A DNA stretch of 64,000 nucleotides, from contig JBMNFY010000017.1 of assembly GCA_050949565.1 (NCBI GenBank), forward strand, positions 1,408,001 through 1,472,000, read 5' to 3'. How positions within the stretch are numbered: the stretch's first letter is position 1; each line of letters begins with the position of its first letter. This document shows, piece by piece, positions 1 through 9,388 of this stretch. Under the pieces are notes generated by a model, which was not told the origin of the DNA, did no database searches, and worked only from the letters and a program-made list of their open reading frames with translations. The stretch comes from Kiritimatiellia bacterium (GTDB lineage Bacteria; Verrucomicrobiota; Kiritimatiellia; RFP12; UBA1067). Both the position numbers and the translations under genes were made by a program.

Positions 1-1946
1 ATCACGATATCGAGACGGCCGTGCCGCATATCCGCGAGAATGCGCTTTTGCGCGGTACGCGTCTGAAAACGGCTGAGCACCGCGATCTTGACCGGATACG
101 CGGCCATGCGGTCGCTGAAGGTCTCGTAGTGCTGTTCTGCCAGCACAGTGGTCGGCACCAGCACGGCGACCTGCCGTCCGTTCATGACCGCGATGAACGC
201 AGCGCGCATCGCGATCTCGGTCTTGCCGTAACCGGCGTCGCCGCAAATCAAGCGATCCATCGGACGCGACGCAGCCATATCGCGCTTGACCGCCTCAATC
301 ACCTTGAGCTGGTCGTCGGTCTCCTGGTACGGGAAAGATGCTTCGAACTCATGCAGCCACGTCGGTTCGACGTTGAAGGTCATCCCCTCGACCACCTGCC
401 GTCGCGCCTGCGTATCGAGTAGCGAAGCGGCCAGATCGGCCACCGCGCGCTCGGCATCGGTCTTCTCGCGCGTCCAGCGCCGACCGCCCAGACGGTGCAG
501 CTTGACACGGTGACCGGCGACTCCTACGTACCGGCTGAGCAGATGCGCGTGGGTCACCGGCACATGCAGCCTGGCGCCCTCCGCATACTCGACCGTGAAA
601 ACCTCAGAACGCTGACCGTCAATCTCGATCTCGGTCGATCCGAGAAAGCGCCCGATGCCGTGATCGACATGCACCACAAGGTCGCCGGGCTCAAGGTCAG
701 CGGCGTTCTCAACACACCCGCCACGCACGGCCGAGGCGGGCGAGGCGCGGCGCAATGACTGCTTGCGGGCGGCGTAGAGATCGGGTTGCGCGGCAACTGT
801 AAGCCCCGGCATCGTGAATCCGCCGGAGAGCACGGCGCGGCGAATCTCAATGCGCGATTCCGCCCCCACCTCGCGCGACAACAACGCGCAAGTACCCGGT
901 GTATCCGCAAACAACAGCACCGTCTCGCCCGCTTCCGCGCGGCGGTTCAAGTCGGCAAGCAAACGCTGACGCGCCTGCATCAGCAGTTCCGGATAGCGCA
1001 CCCGCTCCGCACCAAGCTCGGCCAGCCCCGGCAAGGCCGCGATCTCCAGCTCTAAGGCTGGCGTCTGCGCCGGCGGCGGGTCGCCGCTATAGAGCTGCCA
1101 AGCGGGCGCACGCTCTGCGACGCGCGTCTGCAACGCCTCCCACGAAAGCGGCTCCTCAACGTCATCGGGCGGGAAAAAAGTGCCGCCGCGGATACGGTCG
1201 TGCTCGAACCAGAGCACGGCGCAACCGGGCGGCAGCAGATCGATGAGCTGCACCATCGGCAACGCGGCTTCTGTACAAGGCGGCAACCAGACAGCATCAC
1301 CGCGGTCGGTCGAGCACTGCGTGGCAGGATCGAAGGTACGCAGCGACTCCAACTCGTCGCCAAAAAACTCCGCACGCCACGGCGCAGACGCGGCTGGCGG
1401 CCAGACATCCAACAGACCGCCGCGCACGGCGAGCCGTCCTGGCGCATCCACATCCATGCTGCGCTCGTAACCAGCCGCAACAAGACGCGCCACCACATCC
1501 TCGAACGCATAGCGCTCGCCGACTTGCAGATGCAGCGAAGCCGCTTCAAGCGCGTCAGGTGCAGGTGCAGGCTGGAGCAGCGCATGCAGTGAGGTGACAA
1601 TCACCGACGGCTCCGATGCCGCCCCGTCACCCCCACTAGCAGCGAGCATCGTGATCACCCGCGCACGCGTGCCGATGCTCTCGACATCATCCTCCACAGC
1701 CGTCGGGAAGCTCTCCGGTGTAACGCCGCTGTCGTGCCCCAACGCACAGAGATCGGCGTAGATACGCGCGTGATCGGCCGGACCGGGCGTGACCGCCAGC
1801 GCAACACGCGCTGGCGCGGCATGCGCCAGCGCGGCGGCGGTCAAAGCCGCGCTGACGCCGGGCAGGCTAGGCGCCGCCAGCCTGTTCGCACCGCGCGGTA
1901 GCACCGCCATCAGCCGCTCGCCGAACAGCGTGGAGATTGCGAGCAC
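1..1946 (-). CDS. mfd: Transcription-repair coupling factor Mfd (5' part; runs off the left edge)
   Basis: Manual translation of the minus frame from GTG at 1946 gives the UvrB-like N-terminal motif GYER...GRLAVRGGLLDVWP...RAEFFGDELESLRTFDPATQ. The same frame near the edge gives helicase motifs PMDRLICGDAGYGKTEIAMRAAF...VAVLVPTTVLAEQH. Absent from the ORF track because its stop lies outside the window. Confidence 0.93.
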   Translation of the reverse strand, partial: MLAISTLFGERLMAVLPRGANRLAAPSLPGVSAALTAAALAHAAPARVALAVTPGPADHARIYADLCALGHDSGVTPESFPTAVEDDVESIGTRARVITMLAASGGDGAASEPSVIVTSLHALLQPAPAPDALEAASLHLQVGERYAFEDVVARLVAAGYERSMDVDAPGRLAVRGGLLDVWPPAASAPWRAEFFGDELESLRTFDPATQCSTDRGDAVWLPPCTEAALPMVQLIDLLPPGCAVLWFEHDRIRGGTFFPPDDVEEPLSWEALQTRVAERAPAWQLYSGDPPPAQTPALELEIAALPGLAELGAERVRYPELLMQARQRLLADLNRRAEAGETVLLFADTPGTCALLSREVGAESRIEIRRAVLSGGFTMPGLTVAAQPDLYAARKQSLRRASPASAVRGGCVENAADLEPGDLVVHVDHGIGRFLGSTEIEIDGQRSEVFTVEYAEGARLHVPVTHAHLLSRYVGVAGHRVKLHRLGGRRWTREKTDAERAVADLAASLLDTQARRQVVEGMTFNVEPTWLHEFEASFPYQETDDQLKVIEAVKRDMAASRPMDRLICGDAGYGKTEIAMRAAFIAVMNGRQVAVLVPTTVLAEQHYETFSDRMAAYPVKIAVLSRFQTRTAQKRILADMRHGRLDIV

Positions 1947-3890
1947 CTACTTGAGTTCTTTCAACGTGGCCTGAATCAGCGCGCGTTCCTCATCGCGTGT
2001 TGCCCACTCAAGCGCACGCGTCAGCGCGGCGCGTTTCTGCTCGACCGGAATCTGCTGCGCCGGTACAAGCTTGGCATACGCCCGCAACGCCAGGATGCCG
2101 ATGCGCGACGCTTTGTCCGCCGTGATCAGCGCTTCCAGATCCGGCACGACATCGGGCGACTGCCAGTCGCACAGTGCGCGTTGCGCGGCTTCTTTGAGCG
2201 TCGGGTCGGCACTCGCGGCCGCCTGTCGCACCAGCGCCAGCGACTCCGCGCCGCCGATGTTGCTCAGAATACGCAGCAGTGCAAGCTTCGGCGCACCGTT
2301 CGCTTGCGCATACGCATCGGTCAGCGCCTTGAAAACCGGCGGCGGCAACGCGGCAGCACCAACGTCAATCCGCAACGTAGCGCCCTCGCCCGTTTTAGCT
2401 TTGCGCGGCACGCCGTTGATGGTGTAGGTCATCTCGAACTGCTTGACCTTGCCCGGTGCCGAATCACCGAACGAGCCATTGTTGATCTCAAGCATCGTCT
2501 TGCCGTCTTTGATCATCTCCGCCACCTTGGCGGTGACCTCTTTCTGCGGGCCATCAGGCAGCACGCCGTAAACGGCCTTGATCACCGCAACCGCGCCGGG
2601 CTTGAGCACACTCAGCCGCTGGCACACCGCCGACACCGCACGCTCAGCCGCTTCGAGCACCGGCGTCTTCGGCAAGATCGTCAGCAACGCATTCAGTTCG
2701 CCCTCTCCGGCCAACTCGCCGAGAACCTTGAGGCTGGCCGCCGCGAGTTGCGCATCTTGCGAAGCGGCCAAATCCAACAAACGCGGCACAGCCGAAACGA
2801 TGCGGCGACGTCCAGCCAGATCAATCCCCAACAGGCGCAACGCATTGTCCGGCTTATCGAGCAGTGACACGATCATGGCGTCAGCCTCTTGGCCGCTAAA
2901 CGAAACCAGCGCCGCTTGAGCGGCCTTGACAACCTGCTCGTCCTCCTTGGATACCGCCAAGCGCGCAAACACCGGCAATGCCGCAGCACAGCCCAGCCGT
3001 TCGAGCGCAGCAATGGCCGCCACGCGCGCCACAGGCTCGCCACGCTCGACCAGCGCGATCAACGCCGGTGCGGCCGCGCCGTCACCGCGCTCGCCCAGCA
3101 ACGCAACCACCCCCACCTGCTTGACAGCAGGCAAACGCGGCAGTTCAGTCGCAAACGCCTGCGTGACACCGGTGCCGACCAGCTCTTGACCGACCCGCAG
3201 CGCCACGCTGAACATCGCGGGATCATCGCTCCGAAGCTGTTCCAGCAACAGCGGCAGACCGGCCTCCGCACCGCGCGACAGAATCGCACCGCGCACAGCG
3301 GCCATCTTCACATGCGACGGCACTTGCGACGCACGCAACCGGTCATACAGTGCGCACGCATCGGTCGGCACAGCCGCTTCGGCACACGCCAACAACCCCT
3401 CCGCCGCCGCAGGCACCCGCCCGAGCGCACCCACCAGAGGCTCACGCGCAGCCGGCGTACCGATACGCCCGAGCGCGACAGCCGCAGCCGCCGCGACTTC
3501 AGGATCAGTCGCGCCAAGGTGCTTGGCCAACGCCGGCACCGCCTGTGCATCGCGCCGCACGCCAACCGACTGGATCACGCCCGTCAGCAGACGCCCTTGC
3601 AGACGGCCAAGCGCGGCGCGCAACGCCTCGTCGACCGACGGGTGCGGGATCGTCTCCAACGCGTAACGCGCCATGTGGGCGAGCTTGTCATCGGCCAGCA
3701 GCGCAGCCAGCGGGGCCACCGCCGCCTGAGTGCCCACGCGTCCCAGTTCAATGCAGGCGTCATTTTTTTGATGGTGCGTCGACGCGCCATCGGTCAGCAC
3801 CTTGATGAGCGCCGCTTCAGACTGCGGTTCCGCCGCCAGCAGCGGCAGACTCAAACAACACGCAAACAACAGATGTGTAATGGTTTTCAT
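1947..3890 (-). CDS. Secreted HEAT/PBS-lyase-repeat protein with an inserted small beta domain
   Basis: ATG 3890 with AAGGAG RBS; signal peptide MKTITHLLFACCLSLPLLAA; repeated HEAT-like units (AAVALGRIGTPAA); insert IKAVYG...FGDSAPGKVKQFEMTYTING resembles the DUF3395/SUEL-like GDPAPG motif. Confidence 0.8.
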   Translation of the reverse strand: MKTITHLLFACCLSLPLLAAEPQSEAALIKVLTDGASTHHQKNDACIELGRVGTQAAVAPLAALLADDKLAHMARYALETIPHPSVDEALRAALGRLQGRLLTGVIQSVGVRRDAQAVPALAKHLGATDPEVAAAAAVALGRIGTPAAREPLVGALGRVPAAAEGLLACAEAAVPTDACALYDRLRASQVPSHVKMAAVRGAILSRGAEAGLPLLLEQLRSDDPAMFSVALRVGQELVGTGVTQAFATELPRLPAVKQVGVVALLGERGDGAAAPALIALVERGEPVARVAAIAALERLGCAAALPVFARLAVSKEDEQVVKAAQAALVSFSGQEADAMIVSLLDKPDNALRLLGIDLAGRRRIVSAVPRLLDLAASQDAQLAAASLKVLGELAGEGELNALLTILPKTPVLEAAERAVSAVCQRLSVLKPGAVAVIKAVYGVLPDGPQKEVTAKVAEMIKDGKTMLEINNGSFGDSAPGKVKQFEMTYTINGVPRKAKTGEGATLRIDVGAAALPPPVFKALTDAYAQANGAPKLALLRILSNIGGAESLALVRQAAASADPTLKEAAQRALCDWQSPDVVPDLEALITADKASRIGILALRAYAKLVPAQQIPVEQKRAALTRALEWATRDEERALIQATLKELK

Positions 3891-3916
3891 ACGTCTCCTT
3901 GACTCACATTCGAAGG

Positions 3917-5254
3917 TTAGATTTGCCACGGCTGACGCATCGCGCGCGAACGCATACGGTTGGCTTCCGGGTCGTTGATGAACTCGTTCTTGACCGGGTC
4001 AAAGCGCATGTCGCGTTTCAGCCACATCGCGATGTTTGCCGCATGCACGGCCGCCATCGAGTAGTGCATGACCCCGGCATCCGCCACCGGTTGCTGGCGT
4101 GTACGCACGCAGTCGAGGAAGTTGCGCATGTGTCCCATACGGCGGCCCGTGCGTGCCTGATAGTCGTTGACCAGCTTAGTGTAGTCGGCCAGCAGCGACG
4201 GACGCGAGACCTCCGGCCGCTGATAACCGTCGGCACAGGCGACCCACCCCTCGCTCCCCTCAAAGCGCACCCCGCACGAGCCGTGCCAGCCGGTACGCTG
4301 CGACACCATCTCCACGCCGTTGGCAAAGCGCATCACCATGCCGTCGCTGGTTTCGTTGTTCACATATCCGTAAAAGACCGGCGCGGAATGGCCCAGCCCC
4401 AACGCCACATGACACTGCGCGAAGGTGTGCGAGCCCCACTCGCCGATGCAGCTCGTGTGGAAATCGTACTGTCCGTGCCAGCCGCCTCTGACATAGCGCG
4501 AATTGTAAGGCCGCCACGGTGCCGGCCCGAGCCAAGCATCCCAGTCCAACTCTTCGCGCGGCGGCTCCGGTTCGGCCGGCAGCCAAGCGCGGTTCATGTA
4601 GGCGCTGTCCCACGGCGCGATATGCGCACGCACCGTGTGGATCTTGCCGAGCCGGCCCAGCCGCAGCAATTCATTAGCCACCGTGAAATTCGCCTCGCTC
4701 AGGCGCTGGGTGCCGGTCTGGAAAACGCGGGCGTAACGCCGCGCCGCATCCACCACCGCCTGCCCCTCTGCGATCGTCATCGAGCCAGGCTTCTCGCAAT
4801 AGACATCCTTACCGGCGCGCATCGCCAACACAGAGGCTGCGGCATGCCAGCGGTCGCTGGTGGCGATCAACACCGCATCGATGTCAGTACGCGTGGCCAG
4901 AAACTCGCGGATATCGCTGTAGGTCGCGCAATCCTGATTGCCGTACTTGGTGTCCACCATACGCTTGACCGCTTCGCGCCGGTCCTTGCGCACATCACAG
5001 ACCGCCACAAACTGCGTATCCTTCTCAGGCAGAATGCCGTGGCCCAGATCAGCCGAGCCGCGCCCGCCGATGCCGATGCCTCCCATCACAATCCGCTCAC
5101 TGGGCGCAACCGCGCCGTCACGCCCCAAGGCCGACGCCGGTATCAAGGTCGGCATCGCGAGCGCCCCGCCAGCAGCGGCAGCGCATTTGAGGAACCCGCG
5201 ACGGCTCACCGCGCCGCCCGTTCCCGACTGCTTACTTCCGATGTGTATTGACAT
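3917..5254 (-). CDS. Tat-exported Gfo/Idh/MocA family oxidoreductase
   Basis: SRRGFLK Tat motif, GIGIGGRG, KDVYCEKP, QTGTQR, LDWDAWLGPAP; ATG 5254 chosen as the start. Confidence 0.9.
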   Translation of the reverse strand: MSIHIGSKQSGTGGAVSRRGFLKCAAAAGGALAMPTLIPASALGRDGAVAPSERIVMGGIGIGGRGSADLGHGILPEKDTQFVAVCDVRKDRREAVKRMVDTKYGNQDCATYSDIREFLATRTDIDAVLIATSDRWHAAASVLAMRAGKDVYCEKPGSMTIAEGQAVVDAARRYARVFQTGTQRLSEANFTVANELLRLGRLGKIHTVRAHIAPWDSAYMNRAWLPAEPEPPREELDWDAWLGPAPWRPYNSRYVRGGWHGQYDFHTSCIGEWGSHTFAQCHVALGLGHSAPVFYGYVNNETSDGMVMRFANGVEMVSQRTGWHGSCGVRFEGSEGWVACADGYQRPEVSRPSLLADYTKLVNDYQARTGRRMGHMRNFLDCVRTRQQPVADAGVMHYSMAAVHAANIAMWLKRDMRFDPVKNEFINDPEANRMRSRAMRQPWQI

Positions 5255-5292
5255 AATCCCTCTTTCTTTCCTTCTTTCCGTTTCTCCTACAG

Positions 5293-5345
5293 CCCTGTGG
5301 GCGGCGTTGGTCCTGTGGGCGGCGTTGGTCCTGTGGGCGGCGTTT
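5293..5345. repeat. Three tandem 18-bp CCTGTGGGCGGCGTTGGT units (REP-like)
   Basis: Visible tandem repeat. The complementary motif GCCGCCCACAG recurs near 22883-22926, 32711 and 40016. Confidence 0.8.
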
Positions 5346-5395
5346 ACGCCGCCGGGCAAGCGGACGCTTGCCCCTCCCGGCGCACCGCGCCGCAC

Positions 5396-8300
5396 TCACC
5401 GCGCATACCGCAGCTTGACCGGCTGCTGATTCTGCTTTTCGCGCGCGACCTCTTGCTTGAGCACCTCGAGCGCCGCATCAAGCTGCCGATCCCGGCCTGC
5501 CGCCGCGTCGCCCGGTTCATTCCAAACCAACACATCCGGTTGCGTGCCGTTCAGCTCCATATCGGTGCCATCCGGCAGGAACCAGCCGCGATGCGGCAAC
5601 CGCAACGTACCAAGGTCCAGCAGCGCAACATCCGAAGTCGCGATCACGCCGCCGCAGGTCGGCACGCCGACAATCTTACCACGCTTCAACGTCTTGATGG
5701 CGTGCGTGAAAATCTCACCGTTGCTGACCGTGTTCTCGTTGCACAGCACCACGATCGGCTTGTCCCAGACCGGCCGGCCCCAGTAACCGGAGAGATAGGC
5801 CGGCGCCGCATCACGCGCCACGGCGATCGAATGCACGTTGCCGCACAGCACGCCCAAGATGCGGTCAGCCACAAAGCCGCCGGTGTTGTCGCGCACGTCG
5901 ATGATCAGCCCTTCCTTGTCAAACCCTTCGGCGAAAATATCCTGCTCAAACCGGTAGTAGTCATCCCAGCGCATGCGCTGGATGTTAAGGTAACCGAGCC
6001 GACCGCCGCTGGCCTCGCGCACCCGCGCACGCACCGCTTCGAATGCGGCTGTCTTGAGCTTTTCACGGATCGTGCTGTATGTCGCGGCGGGCAGCGTGAT
6101 CTGGCGCGGCGCTTGGTCGCCGGAACGCACGGTCAGCTCGATGTTGCGCTTCTCCGGTCCGTTGAGCACTTCTGCGGGATCGGTCTTGGGGCCGACCGAC
6201 TTACCGTCCACCGCCAACACACGGTCGCCGGATTTCAGCTTCAGTGTGATCTGATCGGCCGGACCGTCCGGCACCACATCACGAATCAGCCAGCCGGGCC
6301 CCGCGTCCGACGGCTCGAAGCGCAGGCCAAGATGCGCGGTCACGATCGACCACGATTGAAACTCCGCCGTTTTGTCCCACTCTTTTCTGCTGCTCGAAGA
6401 GGTCGTGAATCCCAGATGCGAGGAGTTCAGCTCACCGTGCAAGAGCGCCATCACGCGCTGAAAGACCGAGTAGCTGGGCGCGTAACGCGCGGCATCGCGA
6501 TACTTCGCCTTCACGCGCGGCCAATCCGCGCCATGATAACCGGCATCGTAAAACCAATCGCGCAGCTTGGCCCAGGCCATCAAAAAGCCAAGCTCCTGAT
6601 AGTCGCGCAGATCGGTTTCCTGATAGGCGGAAAAGGCAAAGGTCTTGTCGAAATGCGCAGGCAGGTTGTCGCTCAACCAGAGTAGCCGGTTATCCTTGGC
6701 CAACCACTGGAGTGCGCGGCCACGCCGACGCGTCAACAATTCCGGCGTCAGCTTATCCGGCAGCACCACCTTGTAGGTGCCCGCGACACCCTTGACGGTC
6801 GCCTCGAAAGCCAGCGTGCGGCTGTCGTGCGAAAAGAAGGGATGCGCGGGCGTCACATCCTTCAATGTGATCCGGCGCACACGCAGATGCAGGTCATCGA
6901 AATCGATGGTGACCGGCGTAACGGCGGCATCCTCCTTCTTCTTCTCGTCCTCTGCCTTCTTCTTGCCGCTCCCCTTTTTCATCGCCGCGCGCGCCGCCTC
7001 CCGCTCCTTGTCGAAGGTGTTGCGCTCTTCATCGGCCCGGCTCAGCCAGACGTAAAAGAGATCGGTCTGGTTATCCGGCCGCACCCCCACGAACGCCACC
7101 AGCTTGCCGTCCGGCGACCAACACGGATAGCCGTCCCAATTGAAGTGGCGCGAGAGGTTGTAATCCGCCGCCTTGCCATCCGCCGCCAGCAACCAGATAT
7201 CCAGGTTGCCGTAGTCATCCGCCAGCGAAGCCACCAGCCAGCGGCTGTCCGGCGACCAGGCGTAAGTGCCCGCGTTCGATGCCCGCCGACAGCGCGTGAC
7301 CACCACACCGTTGGTATCGGCCACCACCAAGTTGCCGCACGGCTCCACCCAAGAGAGGCGCGTGCCGTCCGGGCTGATCTGCAACTGGCGGCGGTTTGTC
7401 TCGTCATGCGTCAGCACGGTCCTGCGGAAGGTCGTGTTCTCCCACCAGCAGAGGGCGGCATCCGCGCGTTCCGCGCGCCATAGCGCGACACCGTCGCCTT
7501 GGTCGGAGAGATAGTAGAGCGCCGTGCCATCCGGCGTGAAGACACAGTCGCGCTCATGCGTGCGCGTCGCGCCGTGTACCAGTTTGGGATCGCGCAGCAC
7601 CGTGTCCATCACCCAGAGGTCGCCGCCCGTCGTGAAAGCGATCTGCATGCCGTCGTCGCAGAATGCCACGCAGCCCGCCTCGTCATTATTCCAGCAGGCG
7701 GTGTAGTAGCGGCGACGCGAGACCGGCCGCGATGGCGCGGAGCCCGCCTGCAACACGATACGTTCCGGCGGCTGCTCCGGCCGCGTCGGGTCCATGCGGT
7801 AGAAGTCAAACAGCCGACGGAAAATCAGCGTGCGCCCATCATGCGAAAGGGTGGGGTGAATGACGGCATCTTCCGTGTAATGTGTGATCGGCCGCTCGTC
7901 GCCGGAAGCCAGGTCGTGGTGACGCACATTCATGCAGCCGCCCTCGCCCGACACGTAGTAGAAGCCCTTGCCGTCGGGTGTCCACAGCGGCGTGCGGCTC
8001 TCGGTCGTGCGCTTGACCAGACAGGTAAAGCGCTGGTCGCGCCGGTCGTACAGCCAGATCTGGGCCGACTGACTGCTGGTGGCACGCCAACGATAAAGGT
8101 CGCCGCCGCCGATCATAAAGAGCAGGCGCTGGCCGTCCGGCGCGAGACACGGCTCGGTCGCCGGATTATCAAAGAGCACCTGCTCCGGGCCGCGCGCAGC
8201 GGTCGGCAGGAGCGCCACACGCTCCAGCGAACGACCGCCGTCATGGTCGCGCGCGATGACCGCCAGCAGCGCCGTGCCATCCGCCGTCCAGCCGTAGGGA

Positions 8301-8668
8301 CGCGCGCCCTCCGAATGGAACGAGAGCTGGCGCGTCCGGCCGTCATCCAGATTCACCTCAAAGATCTTCCAGCCGCCGTCGCGATTGCTTTGGAACGCCA
8401 CGCGCTTGCCGTCCGGTGCCAGCACCGGCCAGACATCCTTCGCGTTGCCATTCTGCAATGGGGTCGCCGTACCGCCCGCCGTTGGCGCGATCCAGATGTT
8501 ATCGCACCACTCAAAGACAAACCGGCTGCCGTCAGCCGATACCGACGGACGCGACCCCAGATAGATCCGGTCAAACGTATTCGTCGCATCAGCCGCCCAG
8601 CCATACAGCGTGGCCGCCACTACGCCAACGAACACACCCCGCGTCATCCTCCACTTCAATACATTCAC
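5396..8668 (-). CDS. Tricorn-like S41 peptidase (PD40 beta-propellers, PDZ, S41 domain)
   Basis: Repeated SPDG/TPDG propeller motifs; GLIIDVRDNTGG; LCNENTVSNGEIF (catalytic Ser region); VGVPTCGGVI; RDRQLDAAL C-terminus. Confidence 0.9.
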   Translation of the reverse strand: MNVLKWRMTRGVFVGVVAATLYGWAADATNTFDRIYLGSRPSVSADGSRFVFEWCDNIWIAPTAGGTATPLQNGNAKDVWPVLAPDGKRVAFQSNRDGGWKIFEVNLDDGRTRQLSFHSEGARPYGWTADGTALLAVIARDHDGGRSLERVALLPTAARGPEQVLFDNPATEPCLAPDGQRLLFMIGGGDLYRWRATSSQSAQIWLYDRRDQRFTCLVKRTTESRTPLWTPDGKGFYYVSGEGGCMNVRHHDLASGDERPITHYTEDAVIHPTLSHDGRTLIFRRLFDFYRMDPTRPEQPPERIVLQAGSAPSRPVSRRRYYTACWNNDEAGCVAFCDDGMQIAFTTGGDLWVMDTVLRDPKLVHGATRTHERDCVFTPDGTALYYLSDQGDGVALWRAERADAALCWWENTTFRRTVLTHDETNRRQLQISPDGTRLSWVEPCGNLVVADTNGVVVTRCRRASNAGTYAWSPDSRWLVASLADDYGNLDIWLLAADGKAADYNLSRHFNWDGYPCWSPDGKLVAFVGVRPDNQTDLFYVWLSRADEERNTFDKEREAARAAMKKGSGKKKAEDEKKKEDAAVTPVTIDFDDLHLRVRRITLKDVTPAHPFFSHDSRTLAFEATVKGVAGTYKVVLPDKLTPELLTRRRGRALQWLAKDNRLLWLSDNLPAHFDKTFAFSAYQETDLRDYQELGFLMAWAKLRDWFYDAGYHGADWPRVKAKYRDAARYAPSYSVFQRVMALLHGELNSSHLGFTTSSSSRKEWDKTAEFQSWSIVTAHLGLRFEPSDAGPGWLIRDVVPDGPADQITLKLKSGDRVLAVDGKSVGPKTDPAEVLNGPEKRNIELTVRSGDQAPRQITLPAATYSTIREKLKTAAFEAVRARVREASGGRLGYLNIQRMRWDDYYRFEQDIFAEGFDKEGLIIDVRDNTGGFVADRILGVLCGNVHSIAVARDAAPAYLSGYWGRPVWDKPIVVLCNENTVSNGEIFTHAIKTLKRGKIVGVPTCGGVIATSDVALLDLGTLRLPHRGWFLPDGTDMELNGTQPDVLVWNEPGDAAAGRDRQLDAALEVLKQEVAREKQNQQPVKLRYAR

Positions 8669-8721
8669 ACAAATACCTTACACCTTTCCCGCCTCAGCCG
8701 CAATCCTTCCGTTCGTGCGGA

Positions 8722-8769
8722 TTATTGCGACCACGCAGTGGCTCGCAATCGTGAGAGTAAAAGCGCTGC
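8722..8769. repeat. 48-bp element with hairpin, copy 1 (copy 2 at 23933-23980)
   Basis: TTATTGCGACCAC-gca-GTGGCTCGCAATCGTGAGAGTAAAAGCGCTGC; 45/48 identical to the second copy. Confidence 0.85.
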
Positions 8770-8848
8770 CCCAAAAATCTTTGTGGTCTTTGCGATCTTT
8801 GCGGCTATTTAAACCAAACCATGCCCCAAAATCCCCCAAAAATCACGC

Positions 8849-8877
8849 TTGCAACTCTGCGGAGCGTTTGATACATT
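8849..8877 (+). promoter_or_regulatory. Sigma70-type promoter of tRNA-Asp
   Basis: TTGCAA-17 bp-TACATT with extended -10 TG, 15 nt upstream of the tRNA. Confidence 0.7.
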
Positions 8878-8892
8878 GCTGTTCACTTTTGC

Positions 8893-8969
8893 GGGGTGGT
8901 GGCGCAATTGGTTAGCGCACCGGACTGTCGATCCGGTGGTCGCGGGTTCGAATCCCGTCCACCCCGCCA
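8893..8969 (+). tRNA. tRNA-Asp(GTC)
   Basis: Acceptor stem GGGGTGG/CCACCCC, anticodon arm CCGGA-CTGTCGA-TCCGG, T-loop GGTTCGAATCC, encoded CCA. Confidence 0.97.
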
Positions 8970-8983
8970 TTTTGATTTTCGAG

Positions 8984-9017
8984 AACCGCGAGTCCGCAAG
9001 GATTCGCGGTTTTTTTT
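8984..9017 (+). terminator. Intrinsic terminator after tRNA-Asp
   Basis: AACCGCGAGTC-cgcaag-GATTCGCGGTT followed by a T-run. Confidence 0.85.
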
Positions 9018-9125
9018 GTTTGCGGGGGGAGCGGATATCTCACACGAAGGACACAAAGCCACGAAGGTTTTTAGGAGCAGCCATGCGTTGAGACGCAGCG
9101 TGCTGGAAAGGCGAGCGCACATCCT

Positions 9126-9320
9126 GGAGTGCGGTGACAAGAGCCGCGCTGTGCGCGGGTCGCGGCACCGCTTTCCGGCCCGTCTGTGCCAAAGCGGCGT
9201 CGCGCGGAATACCGCTTGCCGCCGCACTCCAGATACATGGTTGTGCGACTCGCGGGGACGCTCGTCCGTTCGTGATTGGGCTTGCGGATCGCCGGGAGGG
9301 CAAGTGCCAATTGCCCAGTG
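9126..9320. repeat. Cluster of GGAG-type REP-like palindromes
   Basis: GGAGTGCGG...CCGCACTCC pair; 9191-9230 recurs as its reverse complement near 20389-20430. CTCGCGGGGACGCTCG recurs near 32768. CCGGGAGGG(G)CAAG recurs near 5357, 20338, 28164 and 50814. Confidence 0.7.
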
Positions 9321-9360
9321 GCAGTCACGCCGCTCCTGTGAACAGCGAACGCCGGAAGGA

Positions 9361-9387
9361 AAAACTCCTAAATCCTAAATCCTAAAT
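9361..9387. repeat. (A/C)TCCTAA heptamer tract
   Basis: AAAACTCCTAAATCCTAAATCCTAAAT immediately past the integrase stop codon. Confidence 0.85.
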
Positions 9388-9388
9388 T

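Noticed and set aside
1-1946. mfd pseudogene (no matching ORF in the track)
   Set aside because: N-terminal and helicase motifs are in the same frame; the ORF is unlisted only because it runs off the window.
8940-8969. attL/attR duplication of the tRNA 3' end
   Set aside because: No second copy seen by eye in the window, so island boundaries are not called.
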